Assembly: GCA_951406725.2 (NCBI GenBank)
Contig: OX597822.1
Location: 28,768,001-28,832,000, forward strand
Reading direction: 5' to 3'
From: Octopus vulgaris
Lineage: Eukaryota
Length of the DNA stretch: 64,000 nucleotides
Part shown: in pieces, positions 54,230 to 64,000 of the stretch
Numbering within the stretch: position 1 is the first letter of the stretch
Layout of the letters: each line of letters begins with the position of its first letter
Notes under the pieces: model-generated
What the model saw: the letters and a program-made list of their open reading frames with translations, nothing else
What the model was told of the DNA's origin: nothing
Databases searched by the model: none
Program-made: the position numbers and the translations under genes

Positions 54230-57200
54230 ATAATAAACTTTGGAAAGAAAAATGTGAACTCGAGGAATTAACATCTCTTCAATGGTGGGAGATAAGTGGT
54301 CATTGGTTCTCCAATTATGAATCTCACTTCAGAAACGAGTACTCTGCCGAGAACCCATTCCTGAGAAAAGTTAAAACCCACGAACCCCATTCGCAACCGA
54401 TTAATCAAACACCTAAATATGAAAATTATATTCACCAATTTCATAAGGACAATTCAAGACTACTTCAACAACTTTTTCGTCTGGACTGAACTTTCCCCAA
54501 AACCGAAGACACACAACGGATAAAAAATATCAACTTTGAAAGCAATTACAGAGGGAAACAACCACAATCCAGAACAACAAATGTACAAAATCGATACAAA
54601 AAGGACAAGCTAACAGAGAAAATGTCATCAGATATATGAACTATAATACAAGGAAGACCTTGGAAAATCTTTTTTAGATCCAACCGACAGAGTTCTCGAC
54701 ACTTGGTTGTACAAACCGAAGATGAGAAACAGAAGATAATTAAGCTATCCAAAAAGACTCTCTCAGTAGAAGAAATTAATATTTTGTCAAAAAGCCAAAA
54801 ATTTACCCCAACATCACAGCACCCTAATTCCAATGAAATACAGAACGATATTTCACAGTTCTGTTGAAAACTGCGCCTTACAAAGGAATTGTACGATAAA
54901 GAAAATAGGGACGAATCAATTACAAGAAACAAGCGTGATTACAAGCCTACGAAAGGTAAGAATAAAACTTTAGATAAATTTTATGACTTTATATCTACTT
55001 TCCCTTACAAAGAACTTCCACGCCCTAAATCAAGCCCAATATCAGTCGAAAAGAATAAGATATTATACATGAACTGAAAAACAATAACGACATTATAATT
55101 AAGCAAATAAAAGAATTGCAATAGTTATTATGGATATTGGACACTACAAAAGAGATGTATTATCTATATTACAAAATATGACCTACTACGAAAAGGTAAA
55201 TAATTACCAAAAATCAAAGACAATGACTAAACTGAGCACACTCACACTCACAGACATCCAAAAGGTTTAACAAATAAAGAATATAACTACCTAACCCATT
55301 TTGATTGAAAAACTAGCTACTTCTACGGTTTCCAAAAATCCATAAGAATCAAACTATAAAGAATTCATGTAAAGAATCAACTTCAAATTGCATAAACATA
55401 CAATATCTCACCGAATTTAAATTTAGACCAATCGTGGCAGGCCCGTACTTTGAAACACACAGACTGAGCAACTTTTTAGATATTTTACTGAAACCTATTT
55501 TAAAATACATACCAAGTCTTGTAAGGGATGATCTGGACCTGTTAAACTACCTCCCAAGATCCATAAACAATGATACCGCTATTATATATCTTGATGTGGT
55601 AAACCTCTATACTACAATCCCACTCCAATATGGACTAGAAGCAATGCATTTCTGGCTTGAGTAATTCCTTCATAAAATTCCAGGCAGAATTGAAAAAAGT
55701 TTCATCACTAAAGGATTGAAGTTTATCCTCGAAACAATTTGTTTCACTTCAATGGTAATATTTACACATATCTGGCACTGTTATGGTAACAAAAGTTGCT
55801 CCGACTTACGGCAATCTAGTCATGGCTTACATGGAGATCCAGATATATGAACAATCTAAATTAAAATATGGCTTGAACTTCCACAAATATCCACTAGAAA
55901 ACTAGAAACGCTACGTAAATGACTGTCTAATTCTATGGACTCACACATTTGAACAACTTATAGATTTCAAAAACTTAGTCAACAGCATAAACAATAATAT
56001 CAACTTCACCTTGGAATACAATAAAATTCAACAACCATTCCTGAATATACTAATCATCAAAAGAGATAAAAACAGACATTTACTACAAACAGATTCTAAA
56101 CAATACTTACTGTTCTCATGCCAGCTTTTGACTCGGTAAACCACCGCCTACTACTTGTCAAGCTTCAAGCATATAGTTTCCATCCGGATATTGTACGATG
56201 GGTTGGTGCCTTCCTCTCAGATCGCTCCTTCCAAGTTCAAGTTAATGGTTCGCGGTCCGACGTCTCCAGTGCGAGCAGTGGCGTGCCTCAAGGTTCAGTG
56301 CTTGGGCCCTTGTTGTTCTTAGTCTTCATAAATGACTTGCCCGACGACATTACGCAACACACCCTTCTATTTGCAGACGATATCAAACTGGTCGCTCCTC
56401 GCGGTAGTATAGAGGATCTTCGTCGATGCCTCCACCAAATTTGGAAGTGGTCTAACGATTGGGACCTGTGTCTGAACGTGTCGAAGTGCTGTCATCTGCC
56501 TGTCGGCTCTACTCCTGCAACTCAACTTGATTTCGAGCCGGGTCGTCTGCTGCTGGAGAGGACCGATCAGGTAAAGGACCTGGGTATCTTGGTGGATTCC
56601 TCCTTTTCGCCTTCGGCCCAGTGCGTCCATGCTGCCAACAAAGCGCGCGGAATTCTGTTTTTGATTCGACGGTCATTCGGAATGCTCACAGCAGCCATAT
56701 TCCTGCCACTCTATGTCACGCTGGTGAGACCCATATTGGAGTATGGGATTCAAGCCTCTTCTCCTTATCTCCTCAAAGACATACAGCACCTCGAAAGAGT
56801 CCAGAGGCTGGCTACCCGCATGGTTCATGGTCTCAAAAATTTGTCCTACGAAGAAAGGCTGAGGACGCTCGACCTTTGTTCTCTTGAAAAACGCCGCCGC
56901 CGTGGTGATCTCATTCTCGCCCACAACATCATAAGCGGGAAGTGTAACCTCTCGAAAGAGCTGTTCTTCACTCCTGCTCCGGAGCGTCGGCTGCGGGGTC
57001 ATTCCGAAAAGCTCTACCTGCGACGATTTCATCTCAATCGAAGGAGAGGAGCTTTCTCCGTCCGGGTTGCGGATCCGTGGAACAAGCTGCCAGACGAGAT
57101 GGTGAAGATGCCGACGACCGCTTTGTTCAAAGCCTCCTGGACCTCAAGTGGCCTGAACTCTTTACATGAACACCACCCTGTACTTAACTCCATGTCCCCC

Positions 57201-58495
57201 TACATGGCCTTGCTATTTGCTTTTGAGCCAAATTAACTAACTAACTAACTAACTAACAAACACACGAAGAATAATATTCCCTTTAATTTAGCAAGAAGAA
57301 TCTGCACAATTTCTCAAACCCTGAAACTTGCAACAAAAGACTCCAGGAACGAATAGAATGTGCTACAGCAATAAATATCCAAGAACTACGAAAATCGCTC
57401 CAGATACATCCTATAATCTACCCTTTATTACAACATACAACCCAAGAAATACAGAGGTTTACAATATTATACACCAGAACATCCCTCTTCGAAGACAAGA
57501 CCCAAGAATGAAACAAGCATTCGAAATACACAAAAAAAAACAAAAGTAAAAGACAAAGCCTCTCAAAAAGTTCCTCAGAAGTGCTAAATTACCTTCCGCA
57601 ACTCCTGCACCAACAGTCAAAAGGTGTGACCACCCCAGTTGCATGATCTGCATCAACCTTATTGAAGACACAACATATAAATACAAATCGGGACAGATTT
57701 TTACCGTAAGAAATCACTTTACATGTTTCTCAAGGAATTTGATATATGCTATCAAATGTCAAGGATGTAATGAAGATTACATACGTCAAACAAAGCTTAT
57801 TCTAAGAAATAGACTGACCATTCACCGACAACAAATATGAGACCACAATGCGAGACAAATTCCATTGAGTAGATACATTGACATGTATACAAAAAATAAG
57901 TCTACGAAATTCCAGGTCTTCCCATTCTACCTATGTCCAGTGAATACCACAGATGGAGCACGATTAAACAAAGAGAACACTTCCATACAAAATTACAAAC
58001 CCAGACTTAACAAACCTTAACAAAGTACATGCACAAATAAATATTCACACACAAAACTCATTCTACCACTTAACATAAGGAACCTACACAGCTAATAGCC
58101 TAAACTGTAGCTATATACAAACGACTCCTGACTTCTACCAGACATTAAATTTGGTGTGCCTTGATTGTAACTACCACTAGACCTGTTTAGTCAACCATGT
58201 CTGCCTTAATTTACAACGCTAAACATTGTCTGTTTATACTAACACACGGACGTAGCGGGGAACTTACAAATAATCATATGACTATCTTCTACCAATCAAG
58301 CTATCTTCAAAATATATACTTATTTGCGCCATGAACTCCCTATAAAAATAAGGAAAGCTTCAAACCCTAGTAAGAAGCACGTCTTTCTATTTCAACTGTT
58401 TGAAAATCAGTGTAAACAGTGAAACCTGTTAAATCTTTGAATATAATAATAAATAATATCTTAACTATTCTCAGTGTATTTTCAACTTCTATTTT
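54230..58495 (+). mobile_element. Old, near-full-length degraded Penelope-like element interrupted by a CR1-like LINE
   Basis: Remnants LSVEEINILSKSQKFTPT, FRPIVAGP..THRLSNFLDILLKP, DVVNLYTTIP, TKVAPTYGNL, KRYVNDC, QYLLFS | KHTKNNIPFNLARRIC and NLIYAIKCQGC...YIRQT. Confidence 0.85.
56118..57257 (+). mobile_element. 5'-truncated CR1-like LINE with a nearly intact RT C-terminal ORF and a (CTAA)n tail
   Basis: AFDSVNH, SGVPQGSVLGPLLFLVFINDL, LFADDIKL, VRPILEYG and LERVQRLATR, then a TAACTAAC repeat tail. It sits between PLE codons LLFS and KHTK. Confidence 0.92.
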
Positions 58496-58899
58496 TACTA
58501 TATATATATATACAGAGAGAGAGAGAGAGAGTATGTGTAACTTAAATATAGTGTGCAGTGGGTTTTTGCATGTATTATTTGCATATATAATGCTATTGTA
58601 TGTGTATAACAACAGTATACAGATTTAATAATTGAAAATTTTGTCTTCCCATCACAGTAGATTATTGCATTAAAATACTTGCAACGCATTATATTATTTA
58701 TTCCATTAAAGATATTTTCAATGCCTGATAGTCAACGTGCAATTAGCCGTTTTTTATGTCTTTGTTTATTATTATTATTTTTTATGTAAATATTTTTTAT
58801 ACGTGTTGCCTCATGAGTTTTCCATTGTTCTCGTTACTAGTGTCCTTGTTATATCATATATTTTATGAACTGTTAAATCAATGATTAGCTGTATTTAAA

Positions 58900-59230
58900 T
58901 AGAACCTTCCTGATGTCCTTCAGGAAAATGAAATTGAAAAAATAAGGTGCGGTTTTATTGCAATGAACAACGAATGAGAAAATTTCAACCTTCATAACAA
59001 TACAGTAGTTGGTTACGAGGTCTTTGAAGTATAAATACAGATATTTTTAGAAGAATGATGATCAAAACATCTCCAACATTAACGATGAGATAAGGTCAGG
59101 TAAGTCTCATAGCCATGTTTTTCTTAATTCTTTCTTCGTCATCATATTCTTCCCATGGATGCCATAACGTAGTGAGGCTTATCTTAGATATATCTTCCTA
59201 TTTGTAAATGGGATACCAGTTTATGACAAG
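58900..59230 (+). promoter_or_regulatory. Paralogue of the 21.3-21.6 kb island with splice donor CAG|GTAAGT (59100)
   Basis: Co-linear similarity with 21290-21620 on both sides of the donor. Confidence 0.4.
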
Positions 59231-59372
59231 TTTATGTTACCTATCTGAAGATGCTCAAAACTACATGACACTTGGCCGAACAAACAAATCACTAATATTT
59301 TCCTTTCATTCTTGAATAAGCTGCTTACTTATAAATGTGTATGTGTGTTAGTATATGCATATATATATATAA

Positions 59373-59454
<82 letters not shown>

Positions 59455-59475
59455 ATATGTATGTATGTATGTATG

Positions 59476-60152
<677 letters not shown>

Positions 60153-60167
60153 AGGTATATATATTGG

Positions 60168-60236
<69 letters not shown>

Positions 60237-60255
60237 TATGTATATACATATATGC

Positions 60256-60313
<58 letters not shown>

Positions 60314-60561
60314 ATTTTATCCTTTATCCTTTACTGGTATCAGTCATTTGACTGCAGCTATACTAGGACACCGCCTTGAAGAGTTTTAGAGGAACAAATC
60401 GATTCCAGGACTTATTTTTGCTAAGCTTAGTATTTATTTATTTATTCTATCGTCCACTCTTGTTGAACCGCTAAGTTACAGTGACGTAAATACACCAACA
60501 CCGGTGGTCAAGCGATGGTGGGAGGCAAACACAGAAACAAATACACACATTATATACACAT

Positions 60562-60612
<51 letters not shown>

Positions 60613-60615
<3 letters not shown>

Positions 60616-60738
60616 GGTGTCCCAAAAAATGTATACACACCTTAAATAATTGTAAATTTGTTATTCTTTGTAAGCCTAGTACTTATTCTATCGTTCTCTT
60701 TTGCCGAACCACTATGTGTATACATTTGGGGGGACACC

Positions 60739-60741
<3 letters not shown>
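60613..60741. mobile_element. Tc1/mariner-type MITE containing a SINE fragment
   Basis: TA|CAGGGTGTCCC..AAATGTATACACA ... TGTGTATACATTT..GGGACACCCTG|TA. The interior TTATTCTTTGTAAGCCTAGTACTTATTCTATCG derives from SINE family A. Confidence 0.75.
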
Positions 60742-60782
<41 letters not shown>

Positions 60783-61048
60783 TGGCAGCATGCCCGTTGG
60801 TTAGTGGGCACTGCGCCATTAGAATCCATATATAGAGACCCATGTTAGTATCTAAGGGTCCCGTCCCCTCAAGTTTGAGAAATTTTAATTCACTCCTGGA
60901 AGAATGCATAAATCATTTCAACCTTGCTGTGTTTGTAGATAGTTGAAAAGAATACTGTTAATGAACAAAAAATTAAATGATAGCATTGTAGTTGCGGGTG
61001 GGCCTCCTTATTATCCTGGCAACCAATATTTTTAGACCCAGTCCACCA

Positions 61049-61116
<68 letters not shown>

Positions 61117-62382
61117 ATGTATGTATGTATATATATATATATACAAACATATACACATATACGATGGGCTTCTTTCAGTTTCCATCTAACAAATCCACTC
61201 ACAAACCTTCGGTCGCTCTAATACCATTTAACTAAGGTATTTTCGGCCTTGTGTGTAGCTGGTGGAATAGGTTTCGTTGAGTAATTATTACTTCCGAAGT
61301 TCAGCTACCTAGGAAACATATGGAGCCTGGAATTTACCAGTTCTATTCTCTCAATCTGGATTTTTATTCGCACTCATAGCAACTCTAGATACTAACCATA
61401 TTCTATAAATGTTTTTCACTTTATCGAACATCGATATGGGTGAAACCTACAATCATCTACGCCAATAAACTATTATTGTTCGGGAAAGTTGTTTTTTATG
61501 CCTACTACGAACTTAACGAAGTTTATTAATTTCTCATACATAGATCCTTTGATCTTACAATTACATATCACTTAGACACTTGGAAATATCACAGAGGATA
61601 CACACATATCAACAGACAGACCGAGCCTCAACAGAAAACACGAATGGAACAATAACACCCACCACCAAACCAGGCAACATGACGACTAAAGACAGAAGGG
61701 AGAAAAAAGCAGATACAGTATAATACACACACAAGAGACCAATATGCACATATCCATGATAAATATAAGAAATAGAGCTAGATAAGATAAATTTTTTTAA
61801 TAAAAAAAGAATTATACAAAAGGAACGGATACAAACAATATAGGAAGCGAAACCATAAACATATAGAAACACACATTCAGTAACTTCACAAACGGCTGCA
61901 ACAATATCAGCAACACCACCAACAACTGCAACAGCGGTAACAACAACATCGACAACGGCAACAACAACATCAACAACAACTACCACGATGGCAGCAGCGT
62001 CAGCAAACACACAAACACAGAGAGATACAGGGATGGTTCCAAAAGTAGGGTTCAAGGGCAACAGCAGCGACAATGGGAGAGGGAACGGAGATGAGGGGAG
62101 AATCATAGTACCACGAAGAAAGATATAATGCACTGGCGCGCACACACATACACGCGCACAGACAAATAAAGACGCCAAGGCATACGCGTATAAGGATACA
62201 CATCATAGAAGAACAGTATGGACTAAGCGGAGCAAGAGCACACACGAAGACGGAAGGTGTCGCTGAAGAGGTCAATGGACATTATTTAGGATAAGAACAG
62301 TAATAAACGAGTGGAGAACGAATATATAGTGCGCGTGTTTATTTGGCAAAAACATCCCGAAATATACATACATATATATATG

Positions 62383-62424
<42 letters not shown>

Positions 62425-62450
62425 CATACATACATACATACATACATACA

Positions 62451-62482
<32 letters not shown>

Positions 62483-63260
62483 CAGGGGCCTCGTTTGCCT
62501 AAAAATGTGAGGGGGACAAACCAAATTTGTTGGTTCTTAAAGGAACATGTTAGTGTTGCTTATGTTGCCTTTCCCAGACCCTATCACAAGAGTAAAATTT
62601 TACGTCAATTAAATTTTATATTTTCAAATGGAGTTCAGTTATAAAAAAAAATAAACTTAAAAAGGGTTTATTATATCAAATAACAAAAACTAAAACAGGC
62701 ATTTAAATAAAAAATTTTGAAGTAAATTTATTGTCTTTTAGAATATACCAAATGTATTATATCTTGCATCATTGCTGTCAATAGATAATTTATCAACTTC
62801 TTCACAACTAATTAGAATATGATTTTCAACCTTTGCTGTGTCATGGTTGATCGCAGCCAAGTTTTGAGTCTCCGCAGAACGCTAAAATATTTTTCGGCTT
62901 CACAAGAACTGGTTGGAAACACTAAAAGTAGCTCGAGAAATTGCTCAACATTTGGAAACATGCGACCGACTCCTGATAGTATTTCACCGAATATTCTACG
63001 ATGATCCTCGAGTGATGATCCACTATGATGATTTCTATAAAAAAAAAAAGTCATTTCAAAATAATCATTCACGTGACGAACACAAATGACCTCCTGCTCC
63101 TTACCCTGAATATCTTATGTACCATCAATAATTATTCCAAACTGCTTAAATTCTTTGTTAATTTTCTTTATTATGCCTTTCAAAACCATATGACTCATTG
63201 TTTTTAAAATATCATTTTGGATTGCAGCACTGGTGTAGCTGTGTTTTTGTTCACTGTAGT
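62483..63260 (-). mobile_element. hAT transposon 3' remnant
   Basis: hAT dimerisation motif FPNV...LLVFPTSSCEAEKYFSVLRRLKTWLRSTMTQQRL. CAGGGG terminus at 62483. Confidence 0.8.
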
Positions 63261-63309
63261 TTGGATATCGTTCAAAGTGGTATTTGCTTTACCTTGAGTT
63301 AGGCTTAAC

Positions 63310-64000
63310 GATAACAAGTTACCTCACACGATTTCCAACGAATCATCCACATCCGACTTCGATTGGAAAATGCTCCGCTTTCCAGCATGCGTTTTCATAT
63401 TCCTCCAGAAGGTTTACATAACAGTCAATCTTTCGAGCCTGAGCGGCGTCCATCTTATATTCGTGAGAAACTGTAAACTTGACTAGATTCACCACTTTAT
63501 TTCTTTCACACCACATTATAATATCCGGTTTTTTCGTAACTGGGATAGGAAAGAATCCTTGGCACCCTGGTAAATCTGTAGCCACCTCCCAATAGCTGTT
63601 CCACTTTTCATCGCTCACAGTAAGTTACTTCTTCTTGAAACGGATCTGCTGACTTGAGCGCACAAAAGTAATGAAATCTCTGGTTGATTCTTTCAATAAT
63701 TTTTTTCTTTCCACTGCTGATAAGAGCAATTTGGTTCCAATTTGGTTCTTTATAGCATTGAAGATAACCTTAAGGACCAGGTTGTGTCTCCATGTATATC
63801 AGTTCAATGCCAGGGAACAGTTGGAAAGAATATGTTTCAGTGTTACGACTTCTCCGCATTTGCATATTTCATTTTCTGAGACGTTCCATCTTACTAGATT
63901 TGGAGGCGATGGCAAGATATCATAGGATGAACGAATCAGAAAACTTAGCCATATCTCATTCTAACTTATTTTTTTCTCAACGACATGTTCCTCCCATTTC
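63310..64000 (-). mobile_element. RLE-type non-LTR retrotransposon C-terminus (HERO/NeSL-like), degraded
   Basis: CKCGEVVTLKHILSNC (CCHC), YTWRHNLVL and KPDIIMW...K...Y...FPIEVGCG restriction-like endonuclease motifs. Confidence 0.75.

Noticed and set aside
60780-61051. CAGTGG...CCACTG-bounded segment as a MITE
   Set aside because: The inverted repeat is only 6 bp and lies within (TA)n, so a TSD cannot be assessed.
61609-62178. 189-aa Val/Ala-rich ORF
   Set aside because: It derives from a (CAA)-like low-complexity repeat and has no domain evidence.

Overview
AT-rich eukaryotic (animal) genomic DNA. It is dense in (TA)n, (CA)n, (GATA)n, (CATA)n and (TAA)n microsatellites, and its tRNA-derived SINEs point to an octopus/coleoid cephalopod genome (inference). 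There is one intact host gene: an intronless secretin-family/Methuselah-like 7TM GPCR with a somatomedin-B-like Cys-rich ectodomain (37830-39842, +). It is followed by a decayed partial duplicate and probably preceded by a distant 5' exon that has a paralogue near 59 kb. The rest is mostly mobile DNA: R4/Dong-like, RTE, CR1-like and HERO/NeSL-like LINE remnants, five GIY-YIG Penelope-like elements (PLEs), SINEs, Helitron-type, piggyBac, Tc1/mariner and hAT derivatives, and a tRNA-Glu(TTC) pseudogene. The most notable signal is about 19 type I hammerhead ribozyme (HHR) motifs from about nine sequence families, read by eye. They lie in PLE termini, in small non-coding fold-back elements with an HHR on each strand, and in a 563-bp head-to-tail retrozyme-like array, almost always embedded in (TA)n tracts. 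Several have non-canonical cores (U3-A8, C4) or long stem II insertions. All structures were folded manually, not computed. Most short ORFs in the track are microsatellite artefacts.
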